Assembly: GCA_964649265.1 (NCBI GenBank)
Contig: CAZYPB010000001.1
Location: forward strand, 1-37,847
Direction: 5' to 3'
From: Candidatus Micrarchaeota archaeon
Lineage (GTDB): Archaea > Micrarchaeota > Micrarchaeia > Burarchaeales > JAKAKT01
Length of the DNA stretch: 37,847 nucleotides
This document shows, in pieces, positions 9,259 to 17,612 of this stretch (positions are counted from its first letter, which is position 1; each line of letters starts with the position of its first letter). The position numbers and the translations under genes are program-made. The notes below the pieces were generated by a model. That model did not search any database. It saw only the letters and a list, made by a program, of their open reading frames with translations, and had not been told where the DNA came from.

Positions 9259-10154
9259 ACTACCACGGCTATGAGAAGCTGGATAACCCCAAAGAAGAGA
9301 ACTCCCTTAAGGTAGAAACCAGCTGCCTGATGTATCTTTAACCTGCCTGAAACAGCTTCAACAACTGCTGAAAGTACCACTGCTGAGAATCCGATTAGCA
9401 ACTGAAGTGCCAATTCTCCGAAAACACCAATCTTCGGTATTGGGACAAACAGTGCTGCAAAAAGCATCGGCAATATATAGAACTTGAGTGTCTCAGTTAT
9501 CTTGTAAGCCGCAAGAAGCCTTCCAGAATATTCAGTGTATATCCCCTCAACAATCTCTGTTTCAGCTTCTGCAATGTGGAATGGCGCCCTTGCCAATTCC
9601 CCCATCATACACGCAAAGAACACGAATCCACCTAAAACGAGTAGATATGAGCTGTTGTTCGAAATGGCATTAAGTGAAAAGCTCCTAGAGATGAATGCAG
9701 CTGAAAGTATGGCAAGTGCCATTGGAAACTCAAGTGATATTATCAAGGTTATCTCTCTGGATGCACCCACGGCGGCAAATGGGGAACCAGACGATGATGA
9801 TCCTAGTATCACCCCAATACTGGCAAGCACTATTACGTAGAGCAGTACGATTATATCTCCTGCAAAACCCCAGTAGGAAATACCTGCTATTGGAATAAGT
9901 AGAGCAGCTGTGAGTATTGCTGAAAGGGAGACAAGTGGTGCTGCAACAAAGACACTCTCAATTGCTTTGTTTGGGACAAGAGACTCTTTCTCAATAAGTT
10001 TGAGTATGTCGAAAAGTGGCTGGAGTATGGGTGGGCCTATTCTGTTCTGAAATCTCGCAACAAGCTTTCTCTGGATTCCCTGGAACAGTATGCCAATTAT
10101 AAAAGAGAATAGCAGAATTGCAACAGAAACAAGCAATTGATCAATTAAATTCAT
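9255..10154 (-). CDS. mbhM: Hydrogenase membrane anchor subunit (MbhM/NuoH/HycD-like)
   Basis: RKLVARFQNRIGPPILQPLFDILKL and RAPFHIAEAETEIVEG..TEYSG motifs. Confidence 0.93.
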   Translation of the reverse strand: MNLIDQLLVSVAILLFSFIIGILFQGIQRKLVARFQNRIGPPILQPLFDILKLIEKESLVPNKAIESVFVAAPLVSLSAILTAALLIPIAGISYWGFAGDIIVLLYVIVLASIGVILGSSSSGSPFAAVGASREITLIISLEFPMALAILSAAFISRSFSLNAISNNSSYLLVLGGFVFFACMMGELARAPFHIAEAETEIVEGIYTEYSGRLLAAYKITETLKFYILPMLFAALFVPIPKIGVFGELALQLLIGFSAVVLSAVVEAVSGRLKIHQAAGFYLKGVLFFGVIQLLIAVVV

Positions 10155-11323
10155 TTTTTGATTCCTCTTAGTTCTTTGAATGATACATACCTACTTTTTC
10201 CCCGGTCATCGACAAATGTTACTCTGTCCATGCACCCAATGCAAGGATCTATACTTGCAACAATTATTGGTATGTCTGCAATGTGCTCCTCTTTGAACAT
10301 TGCTGGGACGGAAAGCACATTTGCAAGTGTGGGTGCCCTTACCTTGTACCTCTCAGGTTTGTTGGATCCATTTGTTCTAAGGTAATGGATGTCCTCTCCC
10401 CTAGGTGCTTCTGTTCTGCTTATTGCCTCCCCTTTAGGTATCTTCCAATTCTTTACTTTCACATCCCCAGAAGGAAGGTTTCTCAGTGCCTGTTCAATTA
10501 TGCGTATGGACTCACCAAGCTCAAGTATCCTCACAGCAGCTCTTCCCAGAACATCGCATGTATCCCACTTTATTACTTCAAAATCTAAATCAGAATATGC
10601 GAAATATGGGTCGTCTCTCCTTACGTCCATGGTAATCCCTGATGCCCTGGCAGTGGGTCCTACTGCTCCCAGGTCATAAGCCTCTTTCTTTGTAAGAACT
10701 CCTACCCCACTTACTCTCTTTTCAACAATTGGATCATTAAGAAAAACCTTCTCAAGGTATTTCACTCTTTCAAAAAGCTTGGATAGGTTCTTTGCAAGGT
10801 TCACTGCGTGCACTTTGGGTATTCCGTACCTGACCCCACCTATGCAGTTTATACCATGGTTCACCCTGTTCCCAGTTATCTCCTCAAGCGAGTCCATTAT
10901 AAGTTCTCTTGCTTTCCAGGAGTACATGAACAGGGATTTGTGCCCTATCTCCTCGCCAGCTATGCCTGCCCAAAGTAGGTGGCTGTGTATCCTCTCCATC
11001 TCTCCAACAATTGTTCGTATGTATTGTGCACTCTTCGGAACATCTATTTCCCCTATTTTCTCAACATTCTGCACATAGCATGAGCTGTGAGTATATGAAC
11101 AGATTCCACAAATGTGCTCTATTAGATAAGACCCTTGATTGAAGTCCTTTGTTTCCATGAGCTTTTCGATTCCCCTGTGGTTATAACCAAGCCTAAAATC
11201 TGCCTCAACAATATTCTCTCCATCAACCGTGAACATGAAGTGCACCGGTTCCTCCAGAGCTGGGTGTATTGGCCCAACGGGAACTTTCATCCCGCACTTT
11301 GTTTTTGCTTCGATGGTTGTCAT
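10151..11323 (-). CDS. mbhL: Group 4 [NiFe]-hydrogenase catalytic large subunit
   Basis: GPIHPALEEP, HRGIEK, L1 motif ICGICS, EAPRGE, L2 motif DPCIGCMDR. All four Ni-Fe cysteines are present. Confidence 0.95.
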   Translation of the reverse strand: MTTIEAKTKCGMKVPVGPIHPALEEPVHFMFTVDGENIVEADFRLGYNHRGIEKLMETKDFNQGSYLIEHICGICSYTHSSCYVQNVEKIGEIDVPKSAQYIRTIVGEMERIHSHLLWAGIAGEEIGHKSLFMYSWKARELIMDSLEEITGNRVNHGINCIGGVRYGIPKVHAVNLAKNLSKLFERVKYLEKVFLNDPIVEKRVSGVGVLTKKEAYDLGAVGPTARASGITMDVRRDDPYFAYSDLDFEVIKWDTCDVLGRAAVRILELGESIRIIEQALRNLPSGDVKVKNWKIPKGEAISRTEAPRGEDIHYLRTNGSNKPERYKVRAPTLANVLSVPAMFKEEHIADIPIIVASIDPCIGCMDRVTFVDDRGKSRYVSFKELRGIKK

Positions 11324-11694
11324 GGTTTATCACTCTTCCTAAGCGGCGGAGGCCCTTGGTAATCATCAGCTATTATCGTGTTCACAGGTCTTGGGTGGTC
11401 TCTTACCTCCACTCCAAGCATCTCATGGACCTCCCGTTCATAAAGAACTGCAGAAGGCACGGTCTTTGTTATGGTCTCAATGGACGGGTCATCCCTATCT
11501 AAGGGAACCCGGAGCGTCAATATCTTATCCGGAAGCTCAAAGTGGTAAAGAAGCTCGATCCTCTCGCCAGTATCAATTCCAGTTATTGTAGAGAGATGGT
11601 ACTCTCCAGATATTATCTCCGATAGCTTTGAAGGCAGTTCATCTGCTCCAATCAATTCGAAAACTCTCGGTTTACTTTTCTGATTTTCGTTCAT
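11320..11694 (-). CDS. mbhK: Hydrogenase subunit MbhK (NuoC-like)
   Basis: LSTITGID, LLYHF, YEREVHEMLGV...HP and PPLRK motifs. Confidence 0.92.
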   Translation of the reverse strand: MNENQKSKPRVFELIGADELPSKLSEIISGEYHLSTITGIDTGERIELLYHFELPDKILTLRVPLDRDDPSIETITKTVPSAVLYEREVHEMLGVEVRDHPRPVNTIIADDYQGPPPLRKSDKP

Positions 11695-12112
11695 TTGTTT
11701 TTCCCTCTGATAGTTTCTTTGCTGCTTTCAGGATTCCCAGTACAATGGCCTCGGGTCTTGGGGGGCAGCCAATAACATATATATCTACTGGGATTACTTT
11801 GTCGACCCCGCCCTCAATACTATATGCTCCATCGAATATCCCGGAAGTTGAACCGCATACCCCTACACATACAACTGCTTTCGGGGAGGGAACTTGGTTA
11901 TAGATGTTGATCACTCTCTTCTTCATCTGTTTGGTTACTGGCCCAGTTACCAGAAGTACATCTGCGAGTTTTGGGGACCCAACAAGTTTCACACCTACCC
12001 TTTCAGCATCGTATCTAGGGCTGAGTGCTGCTATAATCTCTATATCGCATCCATTACAAGAACCTGTGTTAAGGTGATAAACCCAGGGCGATCTATCAAA
12101 GAAAAGTTTCAT
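11672..12112 (-). CDS. mbhJ: [NiFe]-hydrogenase small subunit (MbhJ/NuoB-like)
   Basis: GSCNGCDIE, ADVLLVTGPVT, VGVCG and GCPPRPEAI motifs. Start set at ATG 12112, which overlaps the upstream stop (ATGA). Confidence 0.94.
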   Translation of the reverse strand: MKLFFDRSPWVYHLNTGSCNGCDIEIIAALSPRYDAERVGVKLVGSPKLADVLLVTGPVTKQMKKRVINIYNQVPSPKAVVCVGVCGSTSGIFDGAYSIEGGVDKVIPVDIYVIGCPPRPEAIVLGILKAAKKLSEGKTNERKSEK

Positions 12113-12432
12113 ACGACATTGACCTCCAGAATCAACATTAAGGAAAACATAATCAATGAAAACAGCCCGAACACAAGAATCCAAGCGACGTACTCGTTTA
12201 TTACCTCCGAGTGGAATCTCCTCCAAACATTGAATATGGGTCCAAGGCTACTCTCGAATCCATAGAAGAAATTATGTGCGGGAGTACTGTAATCGAATTC
12301 CTCTCCACAGAGGAACTCATCTGTTTTCTCCGTTTTTCTTCTCTTACCCAGGAAGAAATATGAGATAATGAAGAACACTAGGAAAAGGGAAACCCATGCA
12401 ACTGCATCCCAATACCCGATTTCTCTCATCAT
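12109..12432 (-). CDS. mbhI: Hydrogenase membrane subunit MbhI-like
   Basis: GYWDAVAW, FLCGEE, H(S)EVINEYVAW; two TMs joined by a lateral helix; position in the operon. Confidence 0.8.
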   Translation of the reverse strand: MMREIGYWDAVAWVSLFLVFFIISYFFLGKRRKTEKTDEFLCGEEFDYSTPAHNFFYGFESSLGPIFNVWRRFHSEVINEYVAWILVFGLFSLIMFSLMLILEVNVV

Positions 12433-13913
12433 TTTACAATTCCCTCCAGTACGTCTGAAACATATTGCTCTGGGTTCATAAGGGCCCTGACAGCAGGTGT
12501 AACAAAAAGATCAAGTGCAACATCTGGGAAAAGACCGAAGAATATACACAGAAGTGAAAGAAGTATCATGGGGGCAGTCATTGTCAGGGGCGCTTCCTTT
12601 ACAACGCTCTTTCCAGTTCCAAGGAAAACAGCATGGAAGACCTTAAGGAATGAGGCAAGGGTCAATGCACTTACAAGAAGGGCCAATGCAGTTATGATCG
12701 GATGTATTGCAAAACTTGCGTTGTATATTATCCATTTGCTTGCGAATCCATTGAAAGGAGGGACTCCGCTTATGGAAAGTGCGCCAACTGCATATGCAAA
12801 TGCAGTCAAAGGCATGTACCTGGCAAGCCCACCCATTCTATTTACATCAGTTTCCTTTGTTCTCCATATAACTGCGCCGGCAACAAGGAAAAGCATCCCT
12901 TTGTAGAAAACATGGTTTATTACATGGAATATCGAACCAGTTATCCCCAGTACAGTTCCAAGACCAAGTGCAAGAATCATGTAACCTAGCTGACTTACGG
13001 CATGGTAGGAAAGCATCCTTTTGAAATCAGTCTGAACCATTGCCATCATAACTCCAACAAACATTGTAAGAATTCCTATTACTATGAGGAACCAGCTTGT
13101 TCCAACAAAACCGAATACAACTGAAAGAACCCGCATGAGAACATAAAGGCCAGTGCCATACTTCATCCCAATAAGCATCATACTTGCGCCATGGGGCGCT
13201 GCGCTGTATGCCTCAGGCATCCACGCATGCAAAGGGAAGAAAGAGGTCTTAATCCCAATACCTACGAAGAGAAGTACAAGTGCAGCAATTGTTGGTGCAC
13301 TCAATTCCCCAAGTTTATAGGATATGTGGGCCATGTTAAGCGTTCCCGTTACGCCATAGAGCATGGTTATGCCTATTAACATGAATGCAGTTGCAACTGA
13401 GGCCATCACAAGGAAGTTAAATGATGCTTTGAATGATCTGAGGTTTCTGTTGTATGCCACAAGCCCAATTGAGGCAAGGTTAAACAGCTCAAGGAATACA
13501 AACAGATTGAAAAGGTCTCCGGTAAGTATCACCCCCAACCCACCTGCGCAGGAAAGGAACACCAGCGAGTAGTAAAATGTTGAATGTTTTCCAGCCATAT
13601 GTTCTCTTGAGTACAGGACACATAGGAAACAGAACAAGCATAGAAGCGCCCCGAAAACCCACGAAAGTGGATCAAGAACAAGCCCTATCCCTGCAAGTGT
13701 GTTGAAAACGGGTATCCAATCCCCCAACCAATACACAACGCGATTCTGTGCACTTTCATAGGAAAGCGCCATAAACAAGAGCGATAGGAAACTCATTATG
13801 AGTGCAAACGGCCACCTTGCCTTTCCGTAATACCTTGAGATAATTGGTATGGAGAAAGCTGCCATAAGGTAAATACCGATTGGTATAACTGGAGTCGAAA
13901 GAAGCTCACTCAA
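12429..13913 (-). CDS. mbhH: Antiporter-like proton-translocating subunit (MbhH/MrpD/NuoN-like)
   Basis: GDLFNLFVFLE, FPLHAWMPEAY, KRMLSYHAVSQLGY and GVPPFNGFASKW motifs. A TTG start near 13913-13916 follows a GGAGGT RBS. Confidence 0.93.
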   Translation of the reverse strand: MSELLSTPVIPIGIYLMAAFSIPIISRYYGKARWPFALIMSFLSLLFMALSYESAQNRVVYWLGDWIPVFNTLAGIGLVLDPLSWVFGALLCLFCFLCVLYSREHMAGKHSTFYYSLVFLSCAGGLGVILTGDLFNLFVFLELFNLASIGLVAYNRNLRSFKASFNFLVMASVATAFMLIGITMLYGVTGTLNMAHISYKLGELSAPTIAALVLLFVGIGIKTSFFPLHAWMPEAYSAAPHGASMMLIGMKYGTGLYVLMRVLSVVFGFVGTSWFLIVIGILTMFVGVMMAMVQTDFKRMLSYHAVSQLGYMILALGLGTVLGITGSIFHVINHVFYKGMLFLVAGAVIWRTKETDVNRMGGLARYMPLTAFAYAVGALSISGVPPFNGFASKWIIYNASFAIHPIITALALLVSALTLASFLKVFHAVFLGTGKSVVKEAPLTMTAPMILLSLLCIFFGLFPDVALDLFVTPAVRALMNPEQYVSDVLEGIVK

Positions 13914-14241
13914 CAAACTCCACCTCCAATGTCTTTTTTTCCTTGTATATGCCCGTTGCAATTGAAAGTGCAAGCGCCATTACAGAAGCGCCTATTACAA
14001 TTGATGTAAGTGTAAGTGCCTGCGGTATTGGATCAACCATGCAACCTACGTCTCTCCCTACTTCTTCTATGGGCGCAGTACAACCATCAACATAACCTCT
14101 GCTTATTATGAACATGTAAACTCCAGTGTCAATAACCCCTAGAGAGATGATCATTTTCAGAATGTTTCTTCTTAGCAATACTCCGAATAGGCCTATCCCG
14201 ATTATCAGGGCACACAATACAAAGTTTATTTCACCTGTCAT
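13906..14241 (-). CDS. mbhG: MbhG / MrpC-like subunit
   Basis: RRNILKMIISL and VDPIPQALTLTSIVIG motifs. Confidence 0.92.
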   Translation of the reverse strand: MTGEINFVLCALIIGIGLFGVLLRRNILKMIISLGVIDTGVYMFIISRGYVDGCTAPIEEVGRDVGCMVDPIPQALTLTSIVIGASVMALALSIATGIYKEKKTLEVEFVE

Positions 14242-14668
14242 TATCCTCAGTCCACATCAATGATATGAAAAGCACAGCTACTGTTCCCATTCCAGCAGCA
14301 ACCTTTGTTCCAATTGCAACATTAAGAAGGGGCATGAATCCTGCACTTATCAATCCTCCTGTTTCACCAAGTGGGAAAACCCCTGAGTTCTGAAGAAACT
14401 CTCCACCAACAAGTAACCCAATAAATGCAACTGAAATGTATACTATTGAGCTTATGTTCTCAGCAAGTTCAAGTCTTACTTGGGTGAAGAGCTCCGAAAT
14501 TGTTTTTCCATAACCCAGCAGAAGGAGGATGATCCCGGATGCCAGTATAACTCCCCCCTGGAAACCACCTCCAGGTGTGAGGTGTCCATTGGCTATTATG
14601 TAGAGTCCATAGGTCATTATGAAAACAACAAGTAACCTTGCAGTTGTCCTAACTATTATGCTCATCAT
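14231..14668 (-). CDS. mbhF: MbhF / MrpB-like subunit
   Basis: GHLTPGGGFQGG motif. Confidence 0.92.
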   Translation of the reverse strand: MMSIIVRTTARLLVVFIMTYGLYIIANGHLTPGGGFQGGVILASGIILLLLGYGKTISELFTQVRLELAENISSIVYISVAFIGLLVGGEFLQNSGVFPLGETGGLISAGFMPLLNVAIGTKVAAGMGTVAVLFISLMWTEDNDR

Positions 14669-14942
14669 TTCCTTCCCTCTTTTCCAATATCACTATAACT
14701 CCAGTAACTGCGGCAAGCAGAAGAGTTGCCTCCCCAAGAGTATCATAACCGCGTATATCGAGAACAACTGAGCAGACAATGTTCGCTGCTTTTGTTGTGT
14801 CTACACCTGTATCAAGCACTATCTTCCCTGAATCAAGAACAGGGGAACCAAAGGATGGAAGCAGAACCATTCCAACAATTATCATACACACTATGAAAAA
14901 GCATGATATTGCTCCGATCACAATTATTTTCGAACTCCTCAT
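14649..14942 (-). CDS. mbhE: MbhE-like subunit
   Basis: NIVCSVVLDIRGYDTLGEATLL motif. Confidence 0.9.
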   Translation of the reverse strand: MRSSKIIVIGAISCFFIVCMIIVGMVLLPSFGSPVLDSGKIVLDTGVDTTKAANIVCSVVLDIRGYDTLGEATLLLAAVTGVIVILEKREGNDEHNS

Positions 14943-15172
14943 TTCTCATTCCTCTGTGTTTTGGTTATTGTTACTATAAGTATCAGTGGGACCACCCCTG
15001 CTCCGACGGCAGCTTGTGCAATAGCAACATCCGGTGCCTGCAATGCAAGGAAATACATTGCTGCTGCAAAACCGGCAACTCCCAGTGCTATTGCAGAAGA
15101 AAGCATGTCCTTTGTCCATACTGCATAAGCAGAAGATATCAGAACAGTTGTTCCAGCTATTATGTCTATCAT
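14939..15172 (-). CDS. mbhD: MbhD-like subunit (DUF4040 type)
   Basis: LQAPDVAIAQAAVGAG motif. Confidence 0.9.
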   Translation of the reverse strand: MIDIIAGTTVLISSAYAVWTKDMLSSAIALGVAGFAAAMYFLALQAPDVAIAQAAVGAGVVPLILIVTITKTQRNEK

Positions 15173-15498
15173 TGTGCTTCCTCCATCTGATTCTTTACTA
15201 GATTGCTTGGAGCCATGCCCTTACTGAACATTGCTCTTGAGATTGAATGCGATCCAACCGCCCCCCCAATCCAAATGGAGAATAGAAGTATTATCGCAGA
15301 TTTCAGGTAATTGGAGTCTCCAGTTTCTATACTGTAGAGTGCAACTGGCAGGAGAATGAAAAATGAACCAAGTGTTGTTATCACTGTCCCCGCATGAAGC
15401 CTGTTCATGAAATCAGGTAACCTAAGTATCCCCATTGTCCCAATACCGCACAATGCAGTTCCAACAAACAATGAAACTAAGGATATCTCGTTTATCAA
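15169..15498 (-). CDS. mbhC: MbhC / MrpG-like subunit
   Basis: GILRLPDFMNRLHAGT...TLG and SHSISRA motifs. Confidence 0.92.
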   Translation of the reverse strand: MINEISLVSLFVGTALCGIGTMGILRLPDFMNRLHAGTVITTLGSFFILLPVALYSIETGDSNYLKSAIILLFSIWIGGAVGSHSISRAMFSKGMAPSNLVKNQMEEAQ

Positions 15499-15749
15499 AG
15501 CTTTCCACTCTCCATCATTCTTGATATGACAACTGTTCCTATGAAACCCAAAACAGCAACAACTATTGCGACATCCAGGTAGAATGACCTGGAGTATGCA
15601 ACAGACATCAATGCTAATGAATTTGCAATAAGCACGCCTATTGCGTCTCCAGCAGCTATTCTGTCTGCAACAGTTGGCCCCCTAACAACCCTATAAAGCA
15701 ACACTAGTCCCAGGGCACCAAGTACAGTTGCAACAGCACCAAAAATCAT
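15495..15749 (-). CDS. mbhB: MbhB / MrpF-like subunit
   Basis: RVVRGPTVADRIAAGD...YLDVAIV..LGFIGT motif. Confidence 0.92.
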   Translation of the reverse strand: MIFGAVATVLGALGLVLLYRVVRGPTVADRIAAGDAIGVLIANSLALMSVAYSRSFYLDVAIVVAVLGFIGTVVISRMMESGKL

Positions 15750-16240
15750 TCAAAAACACCCTTCAGATATCTCTCAAACCCGCCGACAATGTCTTCCTTT
15801 CTCTTATCCTGCCCGATCTCTTTGGAATCCATCTGGTGCACATAAACAAAACCCTCCTCTGCATCTACTGTAATAGTCCCCGGGGTAAGTGTTATTGAAT
15901 TGGAAACTCCAGTTAAAACGAAATCTGACTTCGTAACAACAGGTATCCTGAAAACTCCAGGTCTTATTTTCAGAGAAGGATCAAGTATTATGTTTATTAT
16001 GTTTAGATTAGCTTTTACAAGCTTTGCAATAAACTCAGCCACATACCTTACAAAATAAACAAGTCTTATTGGGGAAAGATATGATGCTTTGAAATCCATT
16101 ATTAGGAATCTTGAACAAAGCGCAGCAACAACAAGCCCAACAGGCACCCCAATTAAAAGCACATCTGGACTTAAGCTAAGGTTAAGAAACACCCAGAGCA
16201 TATATGAAAAAACAAATGTTATGACAAAGCCTAGCTTCAT
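15746..16240 (-). CDS. mbhA: MbhA / MrpE-like subunit
   Basis: IRPG and NSITLTPGTITVD motifs; first gene of the operon. Confidence 0.92.
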   Translation of the reverse strand: MKLGFVITFVFSYMLWVFLNLSLSPDVLLIGVPVGLVVAALCSRFLIMDFKASYLSPIRLVYFVRYVAEFIAKLVKANLNIINIILDPSLKIRPGVFRIPVVTKSDFVLTGVSNSITLTPGTITVDAEEGFVYVHQMDSKEIGQDKRKEDIVGGFERYLKGVFE

Positions 16241-16299
16241 CGTATCACTCTCTTTCTAGAGATGGGTTCAAATAACATATATATTTTCACCTGTGTCCT

Positions 16300-17598
16300 T
16301 CAGAGCTTATATGTTTCCCCGTTTTTTGGGAGTATGACTTCATATTTTTTGAGAGCTTTCGCAAGATCCTTACGCTTCTTTTCTTCTCCATGTATAAGAA
16401 ATATTCTCTTAAGGCCATTAACACTACTGGCAAGTTGAAGAAGACCTTGATGGTCACTGTGTGCTGAGAAGGAGATGTTCTCCACACCAAGACGAACATC
16501 AACGTCATCTCCGTCTATCTCAATGCTTCTGTCTCCATTTAGGAGCTTTCTTCCAGTTGTCCCCTCCGCTTGATAGCCTACAAGGAGTATCTTACTGTTA
16601 TGATCGCCTGCAACCTCCTTCAGATACCTCAATATAGGGCCGCCTGAAAGCATACCTGAAGTCGATACTATGATTGCAGGTTCCTCGAAAACCTCTGTTT
16701 TCATCTTCGTTCTCGGTCTTTTGAAAAGAGGACTACTGAAAGGATCCTCATCACTGTTCAATATTCTCATCTGGATCTCTTTTCTGCAATATATTGCATT
16801 CTGCCTGTATATCTTATTGGCTTTCAGTATCATCCCATCCACATATATGGGTGCTTTGGGTATTGCTCCGGATCTCATGTATGCCTCCAACGTGGTCAGT
16901 ATCTCCTGCCCCCTCCCAACGGCAAAGGAAGGTATAAGCACAAACCCCCCCTTATTAAGGGTCTGCGTTACTGTTTTTGCGAGATCTGCAGATGCTTTTT
17001 TAATTGAAGGTACAACATCAGTCTTAAGCCCATATGTGCTCTCCATAACCAGTGTGTGCGCCCTGAGGCCTTGTCTTGCGGGATCAAGAAGTCTGGTGCC
17101 CCTGTTGTTTACATCTCCCGTAAACAGCACTCTCCTGCTTCCGCGCACAAGAACCATGCCGCTCCCCAGTATATGGCCAGCATTATGGAATGAGAATCTC
17201 AGTTTACCTATCTTTCTTTTTTGTTCATATTCTACTATCTGCGTGTTCTTTAGAACATTGTCTATATCTTTGTTTGAAAAACTCTTTCGCTTTTTCATCA
17301 AGTTTATTCTGTGGTAATCGGACAGGAGGAGCTGCGTCATGTCTCTTGTTGGTCTTGTTGAGTACACCTTTGCGTTGCCTCCTCTCATGAAAAAGAAGGG
17401 AAGATACCCAACGTGGTCAAGATGTGAGTGTGTCACAGCAATGTGTTTTATTTTCTTGATGTGCTCTTTTTTTATCAAAGGAGGAGCATCCTCCCCCACT
17501 TTAACTCCGCACTCGACCATCAGATGGTCTTTTTTATCTCGAAGTAGAAAAGCGGCTCTACCAACCTCTCCACAACATCCAAAAAAAGTTAAATCCAT
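16300..17598 (-). CDS. Metallo-beta-lactamase / beta-CASP ribonuclease (aCPSF-like, lacking KH domains)
   Basis: GEVGR, THSHLDH, AGHILGS, FTGD, ESTYG, FAVGRGQE, SGMLSGG, SAHSD and IHGE motifs. Confidence 0.92.
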   Translation of the reverse strand: MDLTFFGCCGEVGRAAFLLRDKKDHLMVECGVKVGEDAPPLIKKEHIKKIKHIAVTHSHLDHVGYLPFFFMRGGNAKVYSTRPTRDMTQLLLSDYHRINLMKKRKSFSNKDIDNVLKNTQIVEYEQKRKIGKLRFSFHNAGHILGSGMVLVRGSRRVLFTGDVNNRGTRLLDPARQGLRAHTLVMESTYGLKTDVVPSIKKASADLAKTVTQTLNKGGFVLIPSFAVGRGQEILTTLEAYMRSGAIPKAPIYVDGMILKANKIYRQNAIYCRKEIQMRILNSDEDPFSSPLFKRPRTKMKTEVFEEPAIIVSTSGMLSGGPILRYLKEVAGDHNSKILLVGYQAEGTTGRKLLNGDRSIEIDGDDVDVRLGVENISFSAHSDHQGLLQLASSVNGLKRIFLIHGEEKKRKDLAKALKKYEVILPKNGETYKL

Positions 17599-17612
17599 TT
17601 ATCTCTCTCCTG

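Noticed and set aside
8278-16240. Respiratory complex I or sulfane reductase (Mbs/Mbx)
   Set aside because: The large subunit keeps both CxxC Ni-Fe motifs, there is a single MrpD-like subunit, and hyp genes are adjacent.
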